NCBI GenBank assembly: GCA_036824145.1
Contig: DAITAT010000001.1
Span: 42,427-106,426 of the forward strand
Direction: 5' to 3'
Length of the DNA: 64,000 nucleotides
Origin: Candidatus Dormiibacterota bacterium
GTDB lineage: Bacteria; Chloroflexota; Dormibacteria; DASZGP01
Shown one piece after another: positions 1-8,725 of this stretch. Numbering within the stretch: the first letter of the stretch is position 1; the number at the start of each line of letters is the position of its first letter. The notes below the pieces were generated by a model. It searched no databases, was not told the DNA's origin, and worked only from the letters and a program-made list of their open reading frames with translations. Both the position numbers and the translations under genes were made by a program.

Positions 1-573
1 GCGGGGAAGGCGGTGGTATCCCGCTTCCGTCACCCGGAGCGCCAGTCCGAAGAGCCCTTCTGGCGCGCGGCCCTGAGCGACCTCGGATACCGGCTATCGC
101 CACTCCCCGAAGGGCTGAGCTTCGAGGGCGCCGGCGACGCTCTCTTCGTCGGCGACCGGCTGTTTGCTGGCTACGGTTTCCGCACCGACCGCGAGACTCA
201 TGCCATCGTTGGTACGGCGCTGGACGTCGAGGTCGTCTCGCTCCAGCTCGTCGATCCTCGCTTCTATCACCTCGACACCTGTTTCTGCCCGCTGGGCCCG
301 GAGACCGTGATGTTCGCGCCGGGTGCATTCGCACCGGCGTCGGCTGGGGCCATCCGCAAGCTGGTGCCGCACGTGATCGAGGTACCGCTGCACCTTGCCG
401 AAGGCTTCGTCTGCAACGCCATCACCGTGGGGGACCAGGTCCTCTCGTCCGTCGGTGTTGAGCGCGTCGAAGGCAGCCTGGAAAAGGAGGGCTTCTACGG
501 CCGCGGCCTGCCGATGACCGAGTTCATCAAGGCGGGCGGCGGAGTCCGGTGCCTCTCCCTGGTGCTGGACTGA
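1..573 (+). CDS. Amidinotransferase-superfamily enzyme (dimethylarginine dimethylaminohydrolase / arginine deiminase-like), 5' end truncated by window edge
   Basis: Open frame from nt 1, stop at 573; motifs FYHLDTCF and C-terminal GGGVRCLSL (catalytic Cys position) typical of DDAH/amidinotransferase fold. Confidence 0.55.
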   Translation, partial: AGKAVVSRFRHPERQSEEPFWRAALSDLGYRLSPLPEGLSFEGAGDALFVGDRLFAGYGFRTDRETHAIVGTALDVEVVSLQLVDPRFYHLDTCFCPLGPETVMFAPGAFAPASAGAIRKLVPHVIEVPLHLAEGFVCNAITVGDQVLSSVGVERVEGSLEKEGFYGRGLPMTEFIKAGGGVRCLSLVLD

Positions 574-576
574 GAC

Positions 577-1749
577 GTGCCGCGGCCTGAGCTGGGGCTG
601 CCCGCCGACCTTGACGCCGTCGTCATCGGCGCCGGTGCGGCCGGCTGTAGCGTGGCATACAACCTGGCCCAGCGCGGGATGACCAAGGTCGTGGTCATCG
701 ACCGTGGCAACATCGGCGAGGGATCGACGGGGCGCTGCGCCGGCGGCGTCCGGCAGCAGTTCTCAACCGAGGTCAACGTCCGCGTGGGGATGCGCTCGGT
801 GGAGATCCTGAAGGGCTTCGAGGAGTTGACCGGGCGCCCGGCGGACTTTCGCCAGATCGGCTATCTCTTCGTGGCCAGCGACGATGCGGCGATGGCCGAC
901 CTCAGGCACAACCTCGAGGTGCAGCGACGCGCTGGGCTGCAGGACGCCCGAGAGGTCGGCGTCGATGAGATCGCGACGATGGTCCCGGGGCTGCGGGTCG
1001 ATGACCTGCTGGGGGGCAGCTTCTGCCCCACCGATGGGATCGCCGGGCCCAGCGAGATGACCCAGGGGTACGCGCACGCTGCCCGCGCCCTGGGGGTGCG
1101 GATCCTCGAGGGCGTCGAGGTGGTGGGGATGTCGATCAAGCCGGGCGCCTGCCGGGTGCAGACCGACCGCGGCGAGATCCGCGCCGCGCGCGTTGTCATG
1201 TGCGCGGGGGCGTGGTCGCGTCCGCTGGGAGAGCTGGCCGGCGCGTCGGTCCCGGTGGCGCCCTACCGGCGCCACATCTTCGTGACCAAGCCCTTTGCCG
1301 GCATCACGCGGCAAACGCCGATGACGGTCGACTACCGGACGTCGTTCTACTTCCACCCCGAGGGTGACGGGCTGCTGATGGGCATGAGCGACCCGGCCGA
1401 GCCCGAGAGCTTCCGCACCGATGTCGACTGGGATTTCCTCGACCACATGGTGGAGCACGCCACCGCGCGCTTCCCGAGCCTGGAGGACGCCGAGATTATG
1501 ACCGGCTGGGCCGGCCTCTACGAGGTCACCCCCGACCACCAGGGCATCGTCGGCGAGACCGCGGAGGTGCCGGGCCTATGGCTGTGCTGCGGTTTTTCGG
1601 GCCACGGCTTCATGCAGGCGCCCGCGGTGGGGGAGGCGCTGGCTGACCAGGTGATGGGGCGAGAGCCGGCCTTTGACATCTCCGGGCTGCGCCCGGGCCG
1701 GTTCGCCGAGGGCGCGTCGGTGCCCGTTGGGGAGCGGGCAGTCATCTGA
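577..1749 (+). CDS. FAD-dependent oxidoreductase, DAO family (sarcosine oxidase beta / glycine oxidase-like)
   Basis: GTG start; N-terminal Rossmann motif VVIGAGAAGCSVAYNLA; 390 aa; follows the amidinotransferase gene. Confidence 0.75.
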   Translation: MPRPELGLPADLDAVVIGAGAAGCSVAYNLAQRGMTKVVVIDRGNIGEGSTGRCAGGVRQQFSTEVNVRVGMRSVEILKGFEELTGRPADFRQIGYLFVASDDAAMADLRHNLEVQRRAGLQDAREVGVDEIATMVPGLRVDDLLGGSFCPTDGIAGPSEMTQGYAHAARALGVRILEGVEVVGMSIKPGACRVQTDRGEIRAARVVMCAGAWSRPLGELAGASVPVAPYRRHIFVTKPFAGITRQTPMTVDYRTSFYFHPEGDGLLMGMSDPAEPESFRTDVDWDFLDHMVEHATARFPSLEDAEIMTGWAGLYEVTPDHQGIVGETAEVPGLWLCCGFSGHGFMQAPAVGEALADQVMGREPAFDISGLRPGRFAEGASVPVGERAVI

Positions 1750-1829
1750 CGGATCGCTCGCGTCGACTATCGCTCGCGCCGTCTGATGGCTGCCGCTGAA
1801 TGGGGGCTGCCGACATGGGCGGCCTGGGA

Positions 1830-2042
1830 TCAGGCGGACTTGGTGGCGGGGAGGTCGGCTTCGGGGGTGTGGTGAGAGCAGTTCAGCAGCATGTTGGCGC
1901 TGGGGAACGAATAGAAGTAGTTGCAGAAGAGGTGGAACGGGTTCCCCTTGGCGTCGATGCGCTTGTTGTCCGGGTTGACCCCCATGGGGGCCTCTTCCAC
2001 GGTCAGGATGCGCCGGTGGATGCAACTCTCGCAGATCTTCAC
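1830..2042 (-). CDS. Hypothetical small Cys/His-containing protein (70 aa) in lower-GC patch
   Basis: ORF MKICESCIHRR...; local GC clearly lower than flanks; no family recognised. Confidence 0.3.
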   Translation of the reverse strand: MKICESCIHRRILTVEEAPMGVNPDNKRIDAKGNPFHLFCNYFYSFPSANMLLNCSHHTPEADLPATKSA

Positions 2043-2134
2043 GAATCGAGAATACTCCCGTGCCAGACTCCGACGCCAGGCTCAAAAAGCCCGCTCAGGG
2101 GCTGCTTTTTAGCGGCGCGGCGCCACCCCTGAAG

Positions 2135-2698
2135 ATGCGGTGCTTTGCGGCGCTGGGGTTGGAGGATGGCACCTCAGAGGCGCTGCGGCGGTGGCTCGAT
2201 GGCGCTCGGGCTGAGTTTGCCGAGCTGGCCGTAACGCCGGCGGAGAATCTCCATCTGACCCTGGCTTTCCTGGGCGAGATCGACGCCGGGCAGGTCGAGT
2301 CGGCGGGGGCTGCGGTCCAGGCGGCAGCCGAGGGTCGGGCGCCCTGGCGCTTGCGGTGGACCGCACCGGGGGCGTTCCCGTCGGCCTCGCGGCCACGGGT
2401 ACTGTGGCTGGGCGTCGACGGCGGCGAGGCGCTTCGGGAGGTCCACCGGGCGCTCGCCGAAGCTCTGGCCGGCGCCGGGCTCCCGGTGGAGGAGAGAGCC
2501 TTCCGGCCGCATCTGACGCTGGCACGGGTCCGGCGCGGCGAGATCAGCCGCGAGCGCTACCGCGAGGTCGTGGCTCACCTCGAGACGTTGCCGGAGGTGG
2601 GCCCGTCACGGGCGGTGGCGCTGGTCCTGTACGAGAGCCGGCTAGGAGGCGGGCCTGCGGTCCATGTACCTTTGGTTACGGCGAAGTTGCTGGGGTAG
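2135..2698 (+). CDS. thpR: RNA 2',3'-cyclic phosphodiesterase (2H phosphoesterase, ThpR/LigT family)
   Basis: Two H-x-T-x motifs (HLTLAFLG and HLTLARV); about 187 aa if start at MRCFAALG. Confidence 0.75.
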   Translation: MRCFAALGLEDGTSEALRRWLDGARAEFAELAVTPAENLHLTLAFLGEIDAGQVESAGAAVQAAAEGRAPWRLRWTAPGAFPSASRPRVLWLGVDGGEALREVHRALAEALAGAGLPVEERAFRPHLTLARVRRGEISRERYREVVAHLETLPEVGPSRAVALVLYESRLGGGPAVHVPLVTAKLLG

Positions 2699-2765
2699 GC
2701 GGCTCGGGTCGGCCGGGCTTCAGCCATTGGGCTGTGCACCCCGTGGGTATCATTTCCGTCTGCGC

Positions 2766-2842
2766 GCGCCCGTAGCTCAGTGGATTAGAGCGTCGCACTA
2801 CGGATGCGAAAGTCGGGAGTTCGAGTCTCTCCGGGCGCGCCA
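2766..2842 (+). tRNA. tRNA-Arg (anticodon ACG)
   Basis: Cloverleaf read by hand: acceptor GCGCCCG/CGGGCGC, D-arm TAGCTCAGTGG, anticodon loop CTACGGA, T-loop TTCGAGT, discriminator G then encoded CCA. Confidence 0.85.
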
Positions 2843-2889
2843 CATCCTGCGCTCATCCAGGTCGTCTTTCGTTCCGGTATCTTCGGCGG

Positions 2890-4005
2890 GTGTCCGCGGA
2901 GCTGATCCAGCGCTTCCAAACCATGCTCGACCCCATGCTCGGCGATCTCCAGCAGCTGGTCGAGGCGGAGTCGCCGTCGCGCGACCGGGAGGCTGTCGCC
3001 GCTTGCACCGCACTGGTCGCGTCGATGGGCCAGCGCCTCCTCGGGGCGCTGCCGGACCGCGCCGAGGTCGATGGCCAGCCCTACTTGAGCTGGAGTTTCG
3101 GCGCCCCCAGGGTGGCCTTGCTCTGCCACCTCGACACGGTCTGGCCGATGGGGACGATCGACCGCCTGCCCTTCCGGGTCGATGGCGATCGCGCCTATGG
3201 CCCCGGCATCTTCGACATGAAGGCCAGCGTCGTCCAATCTTTCCATGCCCTGGCTGAGCTTCCCTCCCGCGACGGCATCGAGCTGCTCATCACATCCGAC
3301 GAGGAGATCGGCTCGCCCACCTCCCGGCCGGTGATCGAGGCGCTCGCGCGTCGCGTCGAGGCAGTCCTGGTGATCGAGCCCAGCCACAACGGCGCCCTCA
3401 AGATCGGTCGCAAAGGGGTTGGCATGTATCGCCTCCACATCCGCGGCCGGGCGGCGCACGCCGGCTTCCCCCATGAGGGCGTCAATGCCACTCTCGAGCT
3501 CGCGCACCAGGTCCTGGCCGTGGCCGCCCTGGCCGATGAGGAGGCGGGCACCACCGTCACCTCCACCGTCGCCGCCTCAGGCACCACCAACAACGTCGTC
3601 CCGGCCGAGGCCCGCGTGGACATCGATGTTCGCGTTCCCAACGCCGCCGAGCAGGATCGCGTAGACGCGGCACTGAGAGGACTGCAGCCGTGGGTCCCGG
3701 GCGCCACCCTCGGGCTCAGCGGCGGTCCCAACCGCCCCGCGCTGGAGCCGGCCGCGACGATGGCGCTTTTTGAAGTCGCCCGCCGGATCGGCAGCGAGAT
3801 CGGGCTCGGGGAGCTGACCGGCGCCACCGTCGGCGGGGCGTCGGACGGCAACTTTGCGGCTGCGGTGGGGGCGCAGACCCTCGACGGGCTGGGCTGCACC
3901 GGTGATGGCGCGCACGCCGACCACGAGCACATCGTCATCTCGAGCCTGCCTGAACGCGCCGCCCTTCTGACCGCCCTCCTGCAGGACCTGCTGGCGCAGA
4001 GTTAG
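2890..4005 (+). CDS. M20 family metallopeptidase (carboxypeptidase G2 / acetylornithine deacetylase-like)
   Basis: Motifs HLDTV, GPGIFDMKA, ITSDEEIGSP typical of M20/M25/M40. Confidence 0.75.
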   Translation: MSAELIQRFQTMLDPMLGDLQQLVEAESPSRDREAVAACTALVASMGQRLLGALPDRAEVDGQPYLSWSFGAPRVALLCHLDTVWPMGTIDRLPFRVDGDRAYGPGIFDMKASVVQSFHALAELPSRDGIELLITSDEEIGSPTSRPVIEALARRVEAVLVIEPSHNGALKIGRKGVGMYRLHIRGRAAHAGFPHEGVNATLELAHQVLAVAALADEEAGTTVTSTVAASGTTNNVVPAEARVDIDVRVPNAAEQDRVDAALRGLQPWVPGATLGLSGGPNRPALEPAATMALFEVARRIGSEIGLGELTGATVGGASDGNFAAAVGAQTLDGLGCTGDGAHADHEHIVISSLPERAALLTALLQDLLAQS

Positions 4006-4167
4006 GCCGTCTCGGCCCCCAGATGTTGGAGTGTCCTGAAAGCCATCGGCGAGTCACCTCAGAGTTGGCCACCCGGCCGAGGAATTTGCCGCGTATTCGG
4101 ACGGTTCATGTTTAGACCGGCGCCGACTACCATCAAGAGCAGCCGGCGATGCCACTAGGAGACAGTT

Positions 4168-4680
4168 TTGGAAAAGGCGACGTTTGCAGCTGGATGCTTT
4201 TGGGGAGTCGAGGCCGAGTTCCGCAACCTTGACGGAGTGACCGCCACGGCGGTGGGCTACACCGGGGGTCACACCTCCGAGCCGACATACGGGGATGTCT
4301 GCAACCACACCACCGGCCACGCAGAGGCGGTGCGGGTTGAATTCGATCCCACGAAGATCTCATACGAGCAGTTGCTCCAGGAGTTCTGGCGCCTCCACGA
4401 CCCCACCCAGCTCAATCGCCAAGGACCGGACGTCGGCGACCAGTATCGCTCGGCCATCTTCTTCCACAGCCCCGAGCAAGCGGAGGTCGCCAAGCGCTCG
4501 CGCGACGCCGCCCAGGGCGCTGTGAAGCGTCCGATCGTGACGGAGATCACCGCCGCGACCATGTTCTGGCCAGCCGAGGACTACCACCAGCGCTACTTCG
4601 AGAAGAACGGCATCTCGAGTTGCCGGATCCCCAACATGGGGACCGCGACCATCGGCGCTGAGGCCGAGCAGCTAGGCTAG
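4168..4680 (+). CDS. msrA: Peptide methionine sulfoxide reductase MsrA
   Basis: TTG start preceded by AGGAGA RBS; active-site motif GCFWG; 170 aa. Confidence 0.9.
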   Translation: MEKATFAAGCFWGVEAEFRNLDGVTATAVGYTGGHTSEPTYGDVCNHTTGHAEAVRVEFDPTKISYEQLLQEFWRLHDPTQLNRQGPDVGDQYRSAIFFHSPEQAEVAKRSRDAAQGAVKRPIVTEITAATMFWPAEDYHQRYFEKNGISSCRIPNMGTATIGAEAEQLG

Positions 4681-4728
4681 CCGGCCGCTCCTGCCCGCCG
4701 CCGGCCCCGCCCAGCGAGGTGCTGACGA

Positions 4729-5532
4729 ATGCCTGAAATGCCCGAGCTCGAGGTCCTCTGCCAGTACCTCGGCCCCCGGCTGGTCGGCGAGAAGATCGCG
4801 AAGGTCAGCGTGTCGCCGAAATTCGGCTTCCTCCTGCGCACCCCACCGGCGGACCTGGCCCGGACCCTCGAGGGCCGCACCATCGATCGGCTGTGGCGTC
4901 GGGGGAAATTCCTCGTCATCGACGCGGGCGACCAGCAGCTGGTCATCAACCCGATGCTCGGCGGCCGGCTGCACTGGTCGGGGTCGGTGGGCAAGCCGCC
5001 GCCGGCAACGATCCTGTCGGCGAACCTCGCCGGCGGCGAGACGCTCCGCCTGACCGACTTCGCCCGCATGGCGCGGGTGTACCTGGTCGACAGCGGCGAG
5101 CTGGACGGCGTCCCCGGGTGGTCAGAGCTCGGCCCCGAAGCCGACAGCGTCAGCCTCGACCACTTTCGGGCTCGGATCCGGCGCCACCCCGGCGAGCTCA
5201 AGAACCTGCTCCGCAACCAGGCCTTCGTGTCCGGCATCGGCAACGCCTACTCGGACGAGATACTCTTCGGCGCCAAGATGCTGCCGCTGCGCAAGCGATC
5301 GAGCCTTGGCGCCGACGACGTGGAATCGCTTCATGCCGCCGTCGTGGACGTGCTGGCCGACGCTGTCGAGCAGATCCGGGCCCAGCCTGGCTACCAGCCC
5401 CACAAGCAGGACCGGGGCTTCATGAAGGTGCACCTGCGTGGGGGAGAGGGGTGCCCTCGATGCGGCCATCGAATCGCCGAGATCAAGGCCCGCGGCGAGC
5501 TCTTCAACTACTGTCGCGGCTGCCAGAAGTGA
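4729..5532 (+). CDS. Formamidopyrimidine/Nei-family DNA glycosylase (Fpg/MutM/Nei)
   Basis: N-terminal MPEMPELEV (catalytic Pro2/Glu3), C-terminal C4 zinc finger CPRCG...CRGC. Confidence 0.85.
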   Translation: MPEMPELEVLCQYLGPRLVGEKIAKVSVSPKFGFLLRTPPADLARTLEGRTIDRLWRRGKFLVIDAGDQQLVINPMLGGRLHWSGSVGKPPPATILSANLAGGETLRLTDFARMARVYLVDSGELDGVPGWSELGPEADSVSLDHFRARIRRHPGELKNLLRNQAFVSGIGNAYSDEILFGAKMLPLRKRSSLGADDVESLHAAVVDVLADAVEQIRAQPGYQPHKQDRGFMKVHLRGGEGCPRCGHRIAEIKARGELFNYCRGCQK

Positions 5533-5587
5533 CGGCGCCCCTCCCGGTTCGCCGACCTCCAGGCGCAGCCTCGGCTACGATCAACTG

Positions 5588-5962
5588 ATGGGCGCCTTCT
5601 CCGACTTCAACTCGCAGCGGCCGTACAAGGTCTGGCCCGGCGTGGTGGCGCGGGCGTTCCACGGCCAACGCCTGACGATGGCCCTGGTCGAGCTCGAGCC
5701 CGGCAAGCCGGTGGCAGAGCATCACCACGACAACGAGCAGCTCGGGTTCGTCCTGCGGGGCGAGATGGAGATGAAGATCGGGGACGAGACCCGGCACCTG
5801 CATCCTGGAGATGCCTACGTGATCCCCAGCGAGATGCCTCACTCGGTGGTTCGCACCGGCCCCCGGGGTTGCGTCGTCGCGGACATCTTCGCGCCCGTCC
5901 GCGCCGACTGGGAGGCGGCCGAGCGCGCCGATCCGAGCCCCGGGAGCTGGCCGTCGGGCTAG
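5588..5962 (+). CDS. Cupin-domain protein
   Basis: Cupin_2 His/Glu motif HHHDNEQ...HPGDAYVIPSEMPHS; start chosen at MGAFSDF to avoid overlap with fpg. Confidence 0.6.
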   Translation: MGAFSDFNSQRPYKVWPGVVARAFHGQRLTMALVELEPGKPVAEHHHDNEQLGFVLRGEMEMKIGDETRHLHPGDAYVIPSEMPHSVVRTGPRGCVVADIFAPVRADWEAAERADPSPGSWPSG

Positions 5963-5975
5963 CCTGAGGGGGCGG

Positions 5976-6632
5976 GTGAGCATGACCAGGGAACGCACCC
6001 AGCTTGGCCGCCACCCCGAGCGAGGCCGCGAGGGCCGCGACCTGGTCAACGCCATCCTGGACGAGGCCCTGGTCTGCCATGTCGGGTTTGTCGCCGACGG
6101 CTACCCGACCGTGATCCCCACCCTCCATGCGCGCTCGGATGACACCCTCTACTTGCACGGCTCGCCCGCGAGCCGGATGCTCCAAGCGGCGCCGGGCGCC
6201 GAGGTTTGCGTCACGGTCACCCTGCTGGACGGGGTGGTGATGGCGCGTTCGGCCTTCAACCACTCGATGAACTACCGCTCGGTGATGGTCTTCGGCCAGC
6301 CGCGCGTCGTCACCGACGCCGCGGAGAAGGCGGCCGCCTTCCACGCCCTCGTCGAGCATGTGGCGAAAGGCCGCTGGGATGATTCCCGGCAACCCACGCC
6401 AGCGGAGATGACCGCCACCACCGTGCTGGCGATCTCCCTCGATGAGGCATCGGCCAAGGTCCGCAGCGGCCCGCCTGTCGACGAAGACGGCGACCTTGCC
6501 CTGGGCGTCTGGGCGGGCGTAGTGCCGCTTCGGACCGTGGCGGGTGACCCCATACCGGATCCCCAGCTATTTCCGGAAATCGACGTCCCCGAATACGCCC
6601 GCGACTACCGTCGCCCGCATGCGACCGAATAG
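5976..6632 (+). CDS. Pyridoxamine 5'-phosphate oxidase family FMN-binding protein
   Basis: PNPOx-like split-barrel sequence pattern, 218 aa. Confidence 0.6.
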   Translation: MSMTRERTQLGRHPERGREGRDLVNAILDEALVCHVGFVADGYPTVIPTLHARSDDTLYLHGSPASRMLQAAPGAEVCVTVTLLDGVVMARSAFNHSMNYRSVMVFGQPRVVTDAAEKAAAFHALVEHVAKGRWDDSRQPTPAEMTATTVLAISLDEASAKVRSGPPVDEDGDLALGVWAGVVPLRTVAGDPIPDPQLFPEIDVPEYARDYRRPHATE

Positions 6633-6658
6633 CCACGTCAGCCGAATAGGAGGTCAGG

Positions 6659-7183
6659 ATGAGCAGTGAACTGGACCCGGGCCGCGCATACCAGGCCCAG
6701 CTGCTGGCCCTGGTGGGGGACGACGACCCCGCGGAGATCCAGACGCGTACACCGGCGGCTCTGCGGGACCTTGTGGCCGAGGCCGGCGACACCGCCCGCG
6801 TGAAGCCCGCGCCGGGCGAGTTCTCGCTGGTCGAGTTGATCGGTCACCTGGCCGACGCCCAGTTGGTATCGTTCACCCGCTATCGCTGGATCCTGACCCA
6901 GGACGAGCCACCTCTGCCGGGTTACGAGCAGGACGATTGGGTCCGGGTTTCTGGCTACGCCGACGCCGATCCGGCCCAGCTCATCGACCTCTTCGAGGCG
7001 GTGCAGCGCGCCAACATCGACCTCTGGCGCCGGACCCCGGCCACGGAGCGTTCGCGGGTTGGGCTGCACGCCGAACGCGGTCCGGAGTCATACGAGCTGA
7101 GCTTCAAGATCCTGGCCGGTCATGACCTGCTTCACCTCGACCAGGCGCGCCAGACCATCGACGCGGTGAAGGGACGGGCCTAG
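6659..7183 (+). CDS. DinB/YfiT-like (DinB_2, MDMPI_N-like) four-helix metal-binding protein
   Basis: LIGHLADAQ and LAGHDLLHLDQ His motifs, 174 aa. Confidence 0.5.
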   Translation: MSSELDPGRAYQAQLLALVGDDDPAEIQTRTPAALRDLVAEAGDTARVKPAPGEFSLVELIGHLADAQLVSFTRYRWILTQDEPPLPGYEQDDWVRVSGYADADPAQLIDLFEAVQRANIDLWRRTPATERSRVGLHAERGPESYELSFKILAGHDLLHLDQARQTIDAVKGRA

Positions 7184-7941
7184 ACCAGCGCCACCATCGC
7201 CGGCAGGACCTCGCCGATGGCCTCGTGGAATACCGCCTCGGCGCCATCGTCAAATGGGGTTGGCTCGGCGTTGATGATCACCAACCGCGCGCCCCCGCTC
7301 TGTGCGATCGCGGGCAGGCCGGCGGCCGGGTAGACGCCCAGCGAACTGCCGACCGCCAGGCAGAGGTCACAGCTTTTGGCGGCCAGCTGCGCCTGGGCGA
7401 GGTCGTCGGCGACGAGGTTCTGGCCGAAGGAGATGGTCGCGGACTTGAGGATCCCGCCACAGCTACGGCAGGGCGGGTCGGCTTCGCCGGCGCGCACTCG
7501 CGCCAGCGCCCGCTCCATCGGCGCCCGCTCCCCGCAGCTCATGCAGACCACCTCGCGCATGGTTCCGTGGATCTCTACCGTGATCGCCGGCACCGAGCCG
7601 GCGGCCCGGTGGAGGCCGTCGATGTTCTGCGTGACCAACGCCTGCAGATGACCTTTCCGCTGCAGCTCCACCAGCGCCAGGTGGCCGGAGTTTGGTGCCG
7701 CGCCCCAGGCCGGATGGTCGAGCCGCTGGCGCCACGACTCCACCCGCACCTCGGGGTCGGACATGTAATGGTGGATGTTCGACAGCCGCTCCGCCTTGGG
7801 GTCCTTGGTCCAGACGCCGTTGGGGCCGCGAAAGTCCGGGATCCCGGACTCGGTTGAGATTCCCGCGCCCGTCAGCGCCAGGACGTAGGGGGCCTCCCGG
7901 AGCCAGCCCGCGACGTCTTCGATCGATGCCTTTGCGATCAC
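7180..7941 (-). CDS. cobB: NAD-dependent protein deacylase, Sir2 family (sirtuin)
   Basis: GAGISTESGIPDFRGPNGVW motif, Zn-binding CxxC...CxxC; ORF extends to 8061 but GTG at 7941 gives canonical about 253 aa. Confidence 0.8.
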   Translation of the reverse strand: MIAKASIEDVAGWLREAPYVLALTGAGISTESGIPDFRGPNGVWTKDPKAERLSNIHHYMSDPEVRVESWRQRLDHPAWGAAPNSGHLALVELQRKGHLQALVTQNIDGLHRAAGSVPAITVEIHGTMREVVCMSCGERAPMERALARVRAGEADPPCRSCGGILKSATISFGQNLVADDLAQAQLAAKSCDLCLAVGSSLGVYPAAGLPAIAQSGGARLVIINAEPTPFDDGAEAVFHEAIGEVLPAMVALV

Positions 7942-8059
7942 CTTGCGATTATGTCCAGTCCGCAACCGCACTCTTGCCGCACGCAGACCAGCGGCACCCT
8001 TACTCGCCGCGGGCACGTCGGTTATGGTGGTCCTTCGCGCGTAGTACGGAGGGATCGAC

Positions 8060-8686
8060 ATGGCAGACCAGCCGCAGCCACCCGGGGGCTACCAGCCTCC
8101 GCCCCCACCGCCGCCCGGCGGGTACACACCTACACCGCCGCTCGGCGGCTACGCGCCACCGCCTTCACCCCCGCCGCCGCCGGCCGCGTACGTCCCTCCG
8201 CCGGCACCTGCTGCGGCTGCGCCAGGTATCGGCTACGGCGGTTTCGGCCTCCGTTTCGTCGCGCGCCTGCTCGACAGCCTGATCCTGGGAATTCCTTTTG
8301 GGGTTTTCTTCGCCCTGATTGGAGGCCTGGCGGTGGCCAGCGTCAGCACCACTGTGGATGCCAACGGCAATGTCAACACCGTCGCAGCAGGCGGCGCTGG
8401 CGGGCTGCTCATCCTTCTCTACCTGGCCCTGCTGGTCGTCACCGTCCTCTACTTCGTGGTCCTGTGGTCTCGCGGCGGCACGATCGGGCAGCGGTTGCTC
8501 AAGCTTCGCGTCGTGGACGCCACCACTGGCGCCAACATCAGCATGGGCAAGGCCTTCCTGCGTTACGTCGGCCTGATCATCGCGGCGATCCCGTGCTACC
8601 TCGGACTACTCTGGGTGATCTGGGACCCGCGCAAGCAGGGCTGGCACGACAAGATCGCGGGAACGGTGGTGACCCACACCGCCTGA
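8060..8686 (+). CDS. RDD-family membrane protein with Pro-rich PPGGY-repeat N-terminus
   Basis: Low-complexity PPPPGGY repeats followed by RDD-type TM region ending WDPRKQGWHDKIAGTVV. Confidence 0.65.
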   Translation: MADQPQPPGGYQPPPPPPPGGYTPTPPLGGYAPPPSPPPPPAAYVPPPAPAAAAPGIGYGGFGLRFVARLLDSLILGIPFGVFFALIGGLAVASVSTTVDANGNVNTVAAGGAGGLLILLYLALLVVTVLYFVVLWSRGGTIGQRLLKLRVVDATTGANISMGKAFLRYVGLIIAAIPCYLGLLWVIWDPRKQGWHDKIAGTVVTHTA

Positions 8687-8725
8687 GGGGTTGCTGCAGG
8701 CCGGCCCATGTAGACTCCTCAGGCC

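Noticed and set aside
2356-3507. ORFs overlapping the tRNA-Arg locus (2356-2775, 2664-3257, 2785-3507)
   Set aside because: They run across a well-formed tRNA and the M20 peptidase gene in other frames; composition artefacts.
5438-5587. Long N-terminal extension of the cupin ORF
   Set aside because: Overlaps the fpg 3' end and is Ser/Ala/Pro-rich; cupin fold begins near MGAFSDF.
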